This document shows positions 1-9,506 of a stretch of DNA of 64,000 nucleotides, piece after piece. The stretch is taken from positions 384 through 64,383 of the forward strand of contig CAZHQK010000022.1 in NCBI GenBank assembly GCA_964534795.1, read 5' to 3'. The notes under the pieces are model-generated. The model searched no databases. It was given only the letters and a program-made list of their open reading frames with translations, and was not told the origin of the DNA. The position numbers were made by a program, and so were the translations under genes. How positions within the stretch are numbered: position 1 is the stretch's first letter; each line of letters starts with the position of its first letter. This stretch comes from an uncultured Acidobacteriota bacterium (GTDB lineage: Bacteria > Acidobacteriota > UBA6911).

Positions 1-27
1 TGCACCCCGCGGCTTCCGGGACCCGAT

Positions 28-56
28 TTGACAGCTCCCCGGGGCGGGAATATAGT
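28..56 (+). promoter_or_regulatory. sigma70-type promoter upstream of mrp
   Basis: TTGACA(28-33)-17 nt-TATAGT(51-56). Confidence 0.65.
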
Positions 57-92
57 TCGCTTGACTGGCCGCTTTCGGCAGATGGAGGAGAC

Positions 93-1160
93 ATGGAACC
101 CTTGGAGCAGACGGTTCTCGACGCGCTGCGCAGCGTTCAGGATCCCGACCTTCACAAAGACATCGTCGCACTTCACTTCGTCAAAAACCTCCGGGTGGTG
201 GACGGCAAAGCCTCCTTCGTTCTGGAGCTGACCACCCCGGCATGTCCGGTCAAGCAGGAGATGGAACGCTGGGCGCGCGAGGCCGTCCTGAAGGTCCCCG
301 GCATCCGCGAGGTGGAGATCCAGATGAGTTCCGCGGTTCCCGCAGGAAACCGCGACGCCGATCTCGAAGCGCTGGCCGGCGTGCGCAACATGGTCGCCGT
401 CGGCAGCGGCAAGGGCGGCGTCGGCAAGAGCACGGTCACGGTGAACCTGGCCGTGGCGCTGGCCCAGACGGGCGCGAAGGTCGGCCTGCTCGACGCCGAC
501 ATCTGGGGGCCCAACATCCCGCTGATGATGGGAATCGACGGCCAGCCGCGCGCGCGCAACAACCGGATCCAGCCGCTCTCGAACCACGGCGTCAGCGTCA
601 TGTCGATGGGATTTCTCACCACGCCGGACACGCCTATCATCTGGCGCGGGCCCATGCTGCACAACGTGATGCAGCAGTTCCTGCGCCAGGTCGAGTGGGG
701 CGAACTGGATTATCTCTTCGTGGATCTGCCGCCGGGCACGGGGGATGTCCAGCTGACTCTGACCCAGACGGTCCCGCTCACGGGTGCCGTGGTGGTGAGC
801 ACCCCCCAGGACGTCGCCCTGCAGGACGCGCGCAAGGCGATCATGATGTTCCGGCAGGTCAACGTCGACGTGCTGGGCATCGTGGAGAACATGTCCTATT
901 TCCAGTGTCCCAAGTGCGGCGCGCGCACCGACATCTTCGACCATGGAGGCTGCGAGGTCACCGCGGCGCGCTTCGACGTGCCATATCTCGGCGAGGTTCC
1001 GCTCGACACGGCCGTGCGCGTGGGCGGCGACCTGGGCAGGCCGATCGTGATCGCCGATCCCGCATCGCCGGTCGCCCGGGCATTCATGAGCATCGCGCAG
1101 CGGACGGCGGCGCAGATCAGCGTGGCGAACAACCGCAAGCAGGCGGTGATCATCGAGTAG
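93..1160 (+). CDS. apbC: Mrp/NBP35 (ApbC) Fe-S cluster carrier ATPase
   Basis: N-terminal VQDPDL...LTTPACP domain, deviant Walker A GKGGVGKS, DLPPGTGD, CPKC; GGAG RBS. Confidence 0.95.
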   Translation: MEPLEQTVLDALRSVQDPDLHKDIVALHFVKNLRVVDGKASFVLELTTPACPVKQEMERWAREAVLKVPGIREVEIQMSSAVPAGNRDADLEALAGVRNMVAVGSGKGGVGKSTVTVNLAVALAQTGAKVGLLDADIWGPNIPLMMGIDGQPRARNNRIQPLSNHGVSVMSMGFLTTPDTPIIWRGPMLHNVMQQFLRQVEWGELDYLFVDLPPGTGDVQLTLTQTVPLTGAVVVSTPQDVALQDARKAIMMFRQVNVDVLGIVENMSYFQCPKCGARTDIFDHGGCEVTAARFDVPYLGEVPLDTAVRVGGDLGRPIVIADPASPVARAFMSIAQRTAAQISVANNRKQAVIIE

Positions 1161-1162
1161 GG

Positions 1163-2170
1163 GTGAGAATCCTCGTACTGCATCCCGGGGCCCTGGGCGA
1201 TGTGATCCTTTCCCTGCCGGCCCTGAATGAGCTGCGCCGCAGCAGCCCGGGGACGCGGCTGACGGTGGCGGGCAACCTCGATTACCTGGACGCATGCGCG
1301 CGCGGTCATGCCGACGAGGTCGTCTCGCTCTCGGCGCTTCCCCTGCACCGGCTCTTCACGGCGGAGCCCCTGCCGCCGGCCGAGGTTTCCTTCTGGCGCT
1401 CATTTGACCGCATCCTGTCGTGGTTCGGGGCGCACGAACCGGCCTTCGCACGCCGCCTGAGCGGGATCCATCCCGACGTTCTCATCGCCGATTGGAAGCC
1501 CCGGCCGGGCGAGAGCCGGCACGTATCGAGGATCTTTATCGACGGCCTGGCGCCCTGGCTGGCATCGCCGCGACCTCCGGCCCCTGTGCGCATTGACCCG
1601 GACCCCGCGGCGCGCGTTGAATGTCTTGCCTGGATGAAAGCACAAGGGCTCGCCCTGAACGTCCCCGTCTTCGCGGTGCATCCCGGCGCCGGCAGCACCG
1701 AGAAGCGCTGGCCGCTCGGCAGATTCCGCATGCTTTCGACAGGACTCCTTGCCCGCCGGAAGGCGCAGCTGCTGGTGTTCGAGGGACCCGCCGAGCAGGG
1801 ATTGGGCAGGGAGCTGGCAGGCGGGCTGGGCGGTGCGGCGGCGGCCGTGGCATCGTCGCTTCCTCTGCCGCTGGCGGCGGCGGCCCTGACCCGCTGCCGC
1901 CTGTTCGTGGGCAACGATTCGGGAATGGCGCATCTGGCCGCGGCGCTAGGGATTCCTACGGTCGTGCTGTTCGGGCCGACGGAGCCTGCGCACTGGGCAC
2001 CCTTGGGGGCACATGTCGCCGCGCTGCGAAACAACGGCGCTTGCCCTGCCTGCCGGGAGGGCCGTGCGGCGGGCCATACCTGCATGGAGGGCATTCCCGC
2101 ACGCGCCGTGCTCGAGCGCAGCCTCGCGATCCTGCGACGGCGTGGCCCCCTGCACGATCCCGGCGTATAA
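1163..2170 (+). CDS. Glycosyltransferase family 9 (heptosyltransferase-like)
   Basis: GTG start gives MRILVLHPGALGDVILSLPAL; HPGAG..KRWP and GNDSG..HLAAALG.PTVVLFGPT motifs. Confidence 0.9.
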   Translation: MRILVLHPGALGDVILSLPALNELRRSSPGTRLTVAGNLDYLDACARGHADEVVSLSALPLHRLFTAEPLPPAEVSFWRSFDRILSWFGAHEPAFARRLSGIHPDVLIADWKPRPGESRHVSRIFIDGLAPWLASPRPPAPVRIDPDPAARVECLAWMKAQGLALNVPVFAVHPGAGSTEKRWPLGRFRMLSTGLLARRKAQLLVFEGPAEQGLGRELAGGLGGAAAAVASSLPLPLAAAALTRCRLFVGNDSGMAHLAAALGIPTVVLFGPTEPAHWAPLGAHVAALRNNGACPACREGRAAGHTCMEGIPARAVLERSLAILRRRGPLHDPGV

Positions 2171-2218
2171 TGGCCCGAAACGATCGCGGCCTGCTTTCCC
2201 CGCGTAGCGGAGGTGCTC

Positions 2219-2775
2219 ATGAATCCCGCCGGTTCCCGCCCAACCGTCCTTTATGCCTTTCTGTCGCTCGCTCTCACGGCCGCCGACTCGGCGGCGCAGG
2301 AGCCGGAAAGACTGAGCGCGCGCAATGCCAACTACACCATCGAGGTCCGGCTGGACCCGAAGCTCAAGACGCTGGAAGGCAGGCAGGTCGTCGAGTGGCG
2401 CAACGACACCGAAGTCCCCGCCCGCGAGCTCTGGTTCCATCTCTACTGGAATGCCTGGAAGAACGACCGCAGCACCTGGATGCGCGAGGCCGCCCTGCGC
2501 GGCCGGGGCCGGCGCGGCGAGGATATCCGCGACGAGGACTGGTCCTATTGCAGGATCCGATCGATCAAAGTGCTGCCCACGGGCGGGTTCACCGGCGCCG
2601 TGCTGACGGAATCCCTGCGCTTTGCCTCGCCCGACGACGGCAACCCGGACGACCGGACGGTGGCGGTGGTGCCCCTGCTGCAGCCCGTCGGGCCGCACGA
2701 AACCGTTCAGGTGGAAATAAGCTGGCAATCCAAGATCCCGCGCACGTTCTCGCGCACCGGCTTCCGCGGGAACCT
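2219..2775 (+). pseudogene. N-terminal fragment of secreted M1-family metallopeptidase, truncated by IS110
   Basis: Signal peptide, NANYTIEVRLDP, ELWFHLYWNAW, RTFSRTGFRGN, then reads into the IS left end; no HEXXH domain follows. Confidence 0.75.
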
Positions 2776-2782
2776 TATAGCT

Positions 2783-3010
2783 ATCCTGCAGCGCTTTTTG
2801 CTGCAGGATTTATAATCAGCCCCATTCGAGATTTTATGGAGACGCAAAAAAAATCGTGAGCACGCATCGTCCCGCTACGAATACGCGGGACCAACCGTTC
2901 GACGGTTTTGGGTAGACGCTCGAGCGGGACGATGCGCTTTGGTCCGACAACGAATACTCAGATGTCGTCCCTTCGAGGACTCTACTATAAGGCATTCGCA
3001 GGACCAAAGC
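2783..3010 (+). ncRNA. Putative IS110 bridge RNA (5' hairpin, target-binding loop, donor-binding loop); 5' end approximate
   Basis: Hairpin 2783-2809; 14-bp stem 2863-2876/2923-2936 enclosing target guides; 10-bp stem 2936-2945/3001-3010 enclosing CTCAGATGTC (= right end) and CTATAAG (= reverse complement of left end CTTATAG). Confidence 0.85.
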
Positions 3011-3046
3011 CAGCGTGTTCCCACAACCCCAAAGGAGCGCAATACC

Positions 3047-4309
3047 ATGCAAAACGAAAAAGTCCAATACGCCGCATGGATCGGTATCGATTGGGGAAGC
3101 GACCAACACGCCGTCTGCCTCCAGCCTGCCGAGCCTGCCCCCATGCACCATTACACCCTCGAACAAACCCCCGAGGCATTGCACGACTGGTTCGCCCGCG
3201 TCCGCGAACGCTTCGCCGGCCGCCCCGTGGCCGTGGCCATCGAGCAAAGCAAGGGAGCCGTCATCAATTTCCTCCTGGGCCTGGATTTCGTCCATATCTT
3301 CCGCATCCACCCCAAGAGCCTCAAAAACTACCGCGACGCCCTGCACCCCAGCGGCGCCAAGGACGATCCCACCGACGCCCAGTTGCTCGTCAGCTTTGCC
3401 CGGTGCCATCAGGACCGCATCCAGCGCTGGGTCCCGGAGCCGCCCCAGCAGCGCCTGCTGCTGCGTTTGGTCGAGCTGCGCCGCAAGACCGTCAACAAGC
3501 GCGTCCGTCTCACCAACGAACTTACCCAGCTGCTCAAAGAGCACTTTCCCCAGGCCCTCGCCTGGGCGGGACCGCTGCATAAGGTCATGGCCTGCGACTT
3601 CCTGTCCCGCTGGCCCACCCTGCAAAAGCTGCAGCGAAGCAAACCGCCCGTCGTGCGCAAGTTCTATCACGAGCACGGCTCCCGCAACCGGGCGTTGCTC
3701 CAGGAGCGCCTCGAGCAGATGCGCGCGGCTTCCCCGCTGACGACCGACCCGGCAGTCATCGCATCGTCGGTCCTGGCCGTGCGCAGCATCGTCGGCCAAC
3801 TGCGCAGCTTGATCGCCACCATCGAGGAGCTCGATCACGCCATCGAGGAAATCTGGCGCCGGCAACCCGACGCCGAGATCTTCACCAGCTTCCCCGGCGC
3901 CGGGCCCGCGCTGGCACCGCGCCTGCAGGCCGTCATGGGATCCGACCGCAACCGCTTCGATTCCTCCCAGCAGGTCGCCGAGTACTCGGGGATCGCCCCA
4001 GTCACCGAGCGCAGCGGCCACAAGCAATGGGTCCACCGGCGCCTGGCCTGCGCCCACTTCGTCAAACAGAGCTTCCACGAGTATGCCGCCCAGTCGCTCG
4101 GCCACTGCCCCTGGGCCTATGCCTATTACCGATACAAGCGCGCCGCCGGCATGCGCCATCACGCCGCCGTACGCGCGCTGGCCTACAAGTGGATCCGCAT
4201 CATCTTTCGCTGCTGGAAGGACCGCGTCCCCTATGACGAACGAAAGTACCTCGAGGCGCTCAACCGCCGAGCGCCCGCTTGGCTGAAAGCATCCGCAGCG
4301 GCAGCGTAG
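3047..4309 (+). CDS. IS110 family transposase/recombinase
   Basis: GIDWG, AIEQ and KDDPTDA (DEDD RuvC-like); FPGAGP and GIAPVTERSG (Tnp20 catalytic Ser); AAGGAG RBS. Confidence 0.95.
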   Translation: MQNEKVQYAAWIGIDWGSDQHAVCLQPAEPAPMHHYTLEQTPEALHDWFARVRERFAGRPVAVAIEQSKGAVINFLLGLDFVHIFRIHPKSLKNYRDALHPSGAKDDPTDAQLLVSFARCHQDRIQRWVPEPPQQRLLLRLVELRRKTVNKRVRLTNELTQLLKEHFPQALAWAGPLHKVMACDFLSRWPTLQKLQRSKPPVVRKFYHEHGSRNRALLQERLEQMRAASPLTTDPAVIASSVLAVRSIVGQLRSLIATIEELDHAIEEIWRRQPDAEIFTSFPGAGPALAPRLQAVMGSDRNRFDSSQQVAEYSGIAPVTERSGHKQWVHRRLACAHFVKQSFHEYAAQSLGHCPWAYAYYRYKRAAGMRHHAAVRALAYKWIRIIFRCWKDRVPYDERKYLEALNRRAPAWLKASAAAA

Positions 4310-4495
4310 GGTGAAACAAAATGCTTGATAGAATACCTCAGATGTCTGCCCGCGGGATCTGCCTGCCTTCGATCGGCTCACCTCCGGCTGCCGGCAGCTG
4401 AATCGCAGGTTGCCGTCCCGTCCCGACCGGCGGGCTTTTCCCCATCGGCCTCCCCGTTGCTCCCGCGGCCTTACCGAGCGGCGCAATCCGATCGC

Positions 4496-7228
4496 TCACT
4501 CGAGCGTGACCCCGACGGCGTTCCCGCAGTAGATTCCGTTGAACAGGAACTTGAACGTTCCGTGCGGATGGGCGCGGAAGGCGATGAGCGGCCCGAAAAG
4601 GAACAGCTTCCCCCGGCCCACGGTTGCCTCCACTACGGCAGCGGCTCCCTGGAGATTCTGCTGGCCCCAGGCCCAGCCGCTGCGCAGCGGGCGCGGGTCG
4701 TCGAACCAGGCTGCCCTGCGGACCGTGTCGGCGCCTCCGATGCGAAAGAGCGGATTGTTGTTGTAGAAGACGTCGAGGTTTTCCGGCAATCCGTATGCCA
4801 GCGGACTTGCCGTGTCGACACGCACCCGCAGGAGGGCCCCGGGAATGTAGAAGCTCTCCGCGGGAAGCGCCCTGCCGGTTTTTTCGTCCACCAGCGCGCT
4901 CGCGACCGGCAGGCCGAGCATGCGCGCGAGGGCCGTGGAGGAGCCGATCGCCAGGATGGTTCCGCCCTCGGCGAGAAAACGGCGCAGCTGCGGCACGGTC
5001 TTTTCCTCGGTGATCGCACCCAGCTTGTGCCGGTGCTCGGCCGGGATGCTTTCGGGGTCGGGCCCGGAGGGCTCGCGCGCCTGCCCGGCGCCGCGAATGA
5101 TTCCGTCCTCGAAAATGAGAACGTCGAACTTGCCCGCCAAGTCGCCGGCGTCGAGAGTCTGCGGATAGACGACCTCATAGGGGAAGCCGTATTGGCCGCA
5201 GATCCATTGAACCCAGCCCGAGGGAATGGAGCCGCCGTAGACATCGGCGATGCCCAGCCGCTGCCGCTTCAGGCGCAAGGCACGGCCGGCGGCCTTCCTT
5301 TCCAGGGCCGTGAAATCCAGCCCGACCTCCGCGGCCAGGCTGCGCACCATGCCGGCAGCCGCCGGGCCCGGAGGAATGTACATGGTGCCTGCAGGGAACG
5401 TGCGCCCCCCGGCTGCGACGGGCTCCTCCAGCCAGTAGACCTCCGCGCCCGCCCCGAGCAGGCGATTGACGGCGACGAAGGCGTCGTTGAGCGCGTGACT
5501 CAGCAGGTACCCCGCCTTGCCTTCTCCCGCGATTTTGCCCGCCGGCGGCCTAACCTGATCCTCTAGCTTTTCGAAAGGCCCGTCGAGGTTTTCGAGCACG
5601 CGGTCGAAGCGGATGCCCATCTGGTAGGCGAGCGTGTAGCCCGTCACGTCGTACGGCCGCACCGGAGGCCCGCCGGGATAGGCGAAATCGTCGGGGTAAT
5701 CCTGCGGCTCGAAGGCATCGACGATGTGCGGGCGGAAGGCCTGCGCCGTCTTGATCACGTAGGACCCGGCGGGGTAGGTCCTGGCGCCCGCCTGGAAGGC
5801 ACGCGCGGCGCGCAGCACGGTGCAGCCGTTCTTGATCAGGCTGTTGACGAACTTGGTCGCCGTCAGGAAGTCGGGCTGGTCGGCGGGCAGGATGTAGGCG
5901 CGCGCGTCGCGCGCCGTCGGGTCGCGCAGCAGATCGAAGTACTTGGGCGGGTAGCCCCCGCGCCCCCGCGGCACCTTGTCCCGGACGAGAGCTTCCTCGA
6001 CGGCGGCCGCCTTGCGCGCCGAGATCGTCCAGTGGTCGCGGCTCCCCCTCTCGATCGAATTCCTGCCCATGCGGTAGATGTTGTACAGGAAGCTTTCGCG
6101 GTGCTCGGCGGCGATGCTCAGGATGGCGCGGTTTGCGGTCAGCAGGTATTCGATCGCCTGGCGGAAATGCCAGGTCTGGGGCTGAACGGGGAAGGGGTTG
6201 TCGTTGCTCGCCACCAGGTTCCGGGGGACGAAGGAGATTTCGGTCGGGGTCGGGCTTCCGGTGATTTCCGACAGGATGCCGATCTGGTTGTGGAAGCAGG
6301 CCGTGCTGCGCACGCCGCCGTTCCACCAGTTCTGGTAGCTCGCGAAGGAGCGGCACACGGCGCCCGGCTTGCCCTCGGCCACGAAGCGCGAATGGATGGC
6401 CGCGCTCACCAGCTCCGTGCTCGGCGCCAGCAGCGGGTCGAGGTTGGGATTGGAGGGATCGCGCATGTGCCCGATGAAAAGAACCGTACCCGGAGGCCCG
6501 GACTGGTGCTGGTTGAACATGATCTGGGGAAACCACTCGCGATACAGGACGCGGGCGATGGCCTGCGATTCCGGCATGTTGCACAGCAGGGACTCGCGGT
6601 TGTTGTCGTGGCCGATGTATTTCTGATAGAGCACCGGCAGGTTTGCCAGCGAGCGGCGGGCTGGGTCCTTCTCGCGCATGTACCAGTCGGCGACCAGCTC
6701 GAGGCCGTCGGGATTGGAGAATGCGGCCAGGAAGATCACGTCGTCGAGTATGCGCAGCGTCTCGGCGTCGTTGCGCGCGGCCATCTGGTAGACCATCTCG
6801 GTGAGGGCCTGCGCGTTGGCCGTCTCGGTGGCGTGCAGTCCCGCGTCGATCCAGACGACGGCCTTGCCTTCGCCGGCCAGGGCGCGCGCCTGCTCGTCGC
6901 TCAGGTCTTCCGCGAGAGCCAGGCGCCTGGAGATTTCCTTGTATCGCTCGAGCTTGCGGTGATTCGCCGGGCTCGTGATCACGGCCATCAGCATCGGGCG
7001 GCCTTCGGAGGTCCGACCGTATTCCACCACGTCGATCCGGTCGGACTCGCGTGCCAGCTTGCGCCAGTAATTCGAAAGCCGGGTGTAATCGGCGAGGTGA
7101 TAATCATCGCCGATGTCGAATCCCAGCTCCGCCTTCGGTGCGGTGACGGCGCGGCTCTGCGCGCGCTCGCCCGCGGGGAAGAGCGCCGGCAGCGCCAGCG
7201 CCGCCAGCAAAAGCGACAATTTCCTCAT
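4496..7228 (-). CDS. Secreted M14 family zinc carboxypeptidase-like protein
   Basis: Signal peptide; GLHATE, NPDG, GHDNNR motifs; C-terminal GATase-like domain. Confidence 0.9.
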   Translation of the reverse strand: MRKLSLLLAALALPALFPAGERAQSRAVTAPKAELGFDIGDDYHLADYTRLSNYWRKLARESDRIDVVEYGRTSEGRPMLMAVITSPANHRKLERYKEISRRLALAEDLSDEQARALAGEGKAVVWIDAGLHATETANAQALTEMVYQMAARNDAETLRILDDVIFLAAFSNPDGLELVADWYMREKDPARRSLANLPVLYQKYIGHDNNRESLLCNMPESQAIARVLYREWFPQIMFNQHQSGPPGTVLFIGHMRDPSNPNLDPLLAPSTELVSAAIHSRFVAEGKPGAVCRSFASYQNWWNGGVRSTACFHNQIGILSEITGSPTPTEISFVPRNLVASNDNPFPVQPQTWHFRQAIEYLLTANRAILSIAAEHRESFLYNIYRMGRNSIERGSRDHWTISARKAAAVEEALVRDKVPRGRGGYPPKYFDLLRDPTARDARAYILPADQPDFLTATKFVNSLIKNGCTVLRAARAFQAGARTYPAGSYVIKTAQAFRPHIVDAFEPQDYPDDFAYPGGPPVRPYDVTGYTLAYQMGIRFDRVLENLDGPFEKLEDQVRPPAGKIAGEGKAGYLLSHALNDAFVAVNRLLGAGAEVYWLEEPVAAGGRTFPAGTMYIPPGPAAAGMVRSLAAEVGLDFTALERKAAGRALRLKRQRLGIADVYGGSIPSGWVQWICGQYGFPYEVVYPQTLDAGDLAGKFDVLIFEDGIIRGAGQAREPSGPDPESIPAEHRHKLGAITEEKTVPQLRRFLAEGGTILAIGSSTALARMLGLPVASALVDEKTGRALPAESFYIPGALLRVRVDTASPLAYGLPENLDVFYNNNPLFRIGGADTVRRAAWFDDPRPLRSGWAWGQQNLQGAAAVVEATVGRGKLFLFGPLIAFRAHPHGTFKFLFNGIYCGNAVGVTLE

Positions 7229-7239
7229 TTGCGCCTCCC

Positions 7240-7336
7240 AGTTTCGGTGACAGGCTACTCAACCCCGAAACTATGCCTTCGGAGAGGGGGACGGCGCTCG
7301 GGGAGTTTGGGGGTTGAGTAGCCTGTCACCGAAACT
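7240..7336. repeat. Family A inverted-repeat doublet (miniature derivative of RAYT element ends)
   Basis: Arms 7240-7272 and 7304-7336 (1 mismatch) with core TTTCGGTGACAGGCTACTCAACCCCGAAA, identical to the repeats flanking the RAYT at 45805-46595. Confidence 0.9.
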
Positions 7337-8726
7337 CGCAGATGCCGAGGCCGTCGCGGAAGACGATCCTGGTGCCGTACTGCTCGGACATCTTGGCCAG
7401 GCGCGCGATGATCTTCGCGGCCATGTCGCCCTGGGCGAGCCGGGGAGTTCCCTGGCGCGAGCGCGGCATGCGGAAGCCCATGTCGACGGGGTACAGTTTG
7501 ATTTCCACCACCTGCTTCCCCCTGAAGACGGGAACGGCCAGGACGCTTTCCCAGATATCCGCCTGGGCGGGATAGTAGGACGTCGGCAGGCCCGTCTTGG
7601 GATCGGGCCGCGAGCGTGCATCGTAGAAATCGGCGGCCAGGGCGTCGCTGCTCAGGCCGAAGCGCTCGTACATGTCGTCCGGCATCGGCTCGATGGTCTC
7701 GTTCTGCATGAAGAAATTTCCCAGGCTGTAGAAGATCGGCTTCCCCTTGTATATCTCGATCCCCCGGAGGCGGTGCGGGCCGGAGACGGCGAAGACGTCG
7801 GCGCCTGCGTCGATGCACTTCTTGACGAACTCCCGCAGATGGGCGGGCGCGGGCGCCGTCTCCCCCGGACCGGCCATGTCGTGCGAGTGCGAATGCACGA
7901 TGACGTAATCGGCCTGGCGGGCGGCGTTGCGGATCGAGCGCAGGATGCGATCCTGATCCCGTTCGTTGAGCACCGACACCACCCGGCTCTCGGGTCCCGC
8001 GACGAAGGTAGCGCCGCCGAAGGATACCGGCGCGCTCGGCGACTCCGGGACGCGCCCGCCGGCCTCCTGCACCAGCTTGCGCAGCGCGGCCATCTGCGGG
8101 GGCGCAAGCTGGACGGTCGTGGTGATGCGCAGCGCATTGACGCCCGGCCGCCCTTTCATGTCGGGCCGCGCTTCGCCGGCGCGCGACATCGGGGTGAAGG
8201 AGGTCGCCATGCCGATCAGGGCGAAGCGGCCCTTGGCGGTTTCGAAATATTTGGCCTGCGCCGCCTCGCCGGCGTTCATCCCGGTGCCTGCATAGACCAG
8301 GTTGAGCGACTCGAGAACCTTCCAGGTTGCCATCATCCCCTCGACGCCGTAATCCGTGGTGTGATTGTTGGCGTGATTGAAAAGGTCGAAGCCCATCCAC
8401 GCCAGATCCGCGGCCACTTCCGGGGGAGCCACTTCGTAATTGCCGCCGTTTTCCGCCTGCGGGTATCCGGGGAAATCCCATAAACGGAAGAGATTGAGTT
8501 CGAGGTTGATGGCGGCCGCGTCGGCTTCGCGGATCGCCTTTACGAGCGCCATGAAGGCCGGATCGTTCTCGAGGCTGCGCACCTGGCGGGTCATGATGGC
8601 ATCGCCGGCGGCGGCGACCGACCATACGGTTTCTCCGCTCGGCGGAGCCTGCGGGAATGAGAGGGAAAGCCCCGCCAGAATGAATGCCAGAGCAGAAATG
8701 GTCCATACCAAGGCGCGTCGTTTCAT
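7326..8726 (-). CDS. CapA family (PGA_cap) metallophosphatase-fold protein
   Basis: AAGD, INLE, ANNHTTDYG, HSHSH, GPHRLRGIEIY.GKPIFYSLGNF. Confidence 0.9.
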   Translation of the reverse strand: MKRRALVWTISALAFILAGLSLSFPQAPPSGETVWSVAAAGDAIMTRQVRSLENDPAFMALVKAIREADAAAINLELNLFRLWDFPGYPQAENGGNYEVAPPEVAADLAWMGFDLFNHANNHTTDYGVEGMMATWKVLESLNLVYAGTGMNAGEAAQAKYFETAKGRFALIGMATSFTPMSRAGEARPDMKGRPGVNALRITTTVQLAPPQMAALRKLVQEAGGRVPESPSAPVSFGGATFVAGPESRVVSVLNERDQDRILRSIRNAARQADYVIVHSHSHDMAGPGETAPAPAHLREFVKKCIDAGADVFAVSGPHRLRGIEIYKGKPIFYSLGNFFMQNETIEPMPDDMYERFGLSSDALAADFYDARSRPDPKTGLPTSYYPAQADIWESVLAVPVFRGKQVVEIKLYPVDMGFRMPRSRQGTPRLAQGDMAAKIIARLAKMSEQYGTRIVFRDGLGICEFR

Positions 8727-8891
8727 GGTGACAACCTCTCCGAAGAATGTGCCCGGCCGCCGGGCGGCCGCGAAAGCGATGGGAGAAACCTCACGCGCTT
8801 GAATGTATTCCGATTTCCCCGGCGAGGGCAAGCACAAACGGCGGGGCGCTTTCGTCGGACGCCGGGCGCGATGCCGCTCGCCGGCCCGAAC

Positions 8892-9506
8892 CTAATACGG
8901 CGGCGCGCTCCGGCGGCGACAGGGGAAGCGGTGACCGTGGGCGGCCTCGTAGGCTTCGTCGACCGCGAGGTCGGGCGCGTTGGCGGCGGCGCGCGCGAGC
9001 TCGTCGCAGCGCTCGTTTTCCCTGTGGCCGGCATGGCCGCGCAGCCAGCGGAACTTCACGTCGTGGGGCTCGCACGCGCGCAGCAGCCGCTCCCAGAGAT
9101 CGGGGTTGAGCGCCTTCTCATTCCGGTTGCGCATCCAGCCGCGGGCGCGCCAGCGGCGCGCCCAGCCGAGCTCGACGGCATTGACCAGGTATTGGGAGTC
9201 GCTGTAGACGGTGACCCGGCACGGGCGGCGCAGCGCCTCGAGGCCGGCGATGGCGGCCATGATCTCCATGCGGTTGTTGGTGGTCCGGCGAAAGCCGGCG
9301 GACAGCTCCTTGCGGTGCCTGCCGGACACCAGGACGACCCCGTAACCGCCGCGCCCGGGATTCACGATGCAGCCGCCGTCGGTGTAGATCGTCACCTCCG
9401 GGCGCGGGTCGCGGACCTCGCCGGCGACCGGCTCGGCCGCGCCCTCCGAACCGGCGACTTTCCTTTTTTTGTTCTTGCGCCGCCTCGACACGATGCCCCC
9501 GCTCAT
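8892..9506 (-). CDS. rnhA: Ribonuclease HI
   Basis: IYTDGGC..NPG.GGYG, TTNNRME, YSDSQY, NPDLW, W.RGHAGH.ENERCD; ATGA overlap with upstream gene. Confidence 0.95.
   Translation of the reverse strand: MSGGIVSRRRKNKKRKVAGSEGAAEPVAGEVRDPRPEVTIYTDGGCIVNPGRGGYGVVLVSGRHRKELSAGFRRTTNNRMEIMAAIAGLEALRRPCRVTVYSDSQYLVNAVELGWARRWRARGWMRNRNEKALNPDLWERLLRACEPHDVKFRWLRGHAGHRENERCDELARAAANAPDLAVDEAYEAAHGHRFPCRRRSAPPY

Larger units (their letters stand above)
2774..4347 (+). mobile_element. IS110-family insertion sequence (long left end, CT core at both ends)
   Basis: CT at 2774-2775 and 4346-4347; ends defined by matches to the internal donor guides; DEDD/Tnp20 recombinase ORF; no terminal inverted repeats. 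Confidence 0.88.

Noticed and set aside
242-1162. 642-aa ORF suggesting a long N-terminal extension on the GT9 protein
   Set aside because: Upstream part is an alternate frame over mrp with low-complexity Arg/Gly/Pro content; the real start is GTG 1163.
2834-4486. 550-aa antisense ORF over the IS110 transposase
   Set aside because: Shadow frame typical of high-GC coding DNA; no motifs.
7241-7334. CRISPR-like look (GTTTC...GAAAC 31-mer with ~33-nt spacer)
   Set aside because: Copies are inverted, never direct tandem; no cas genes; the same repeat flanks a RAYT.
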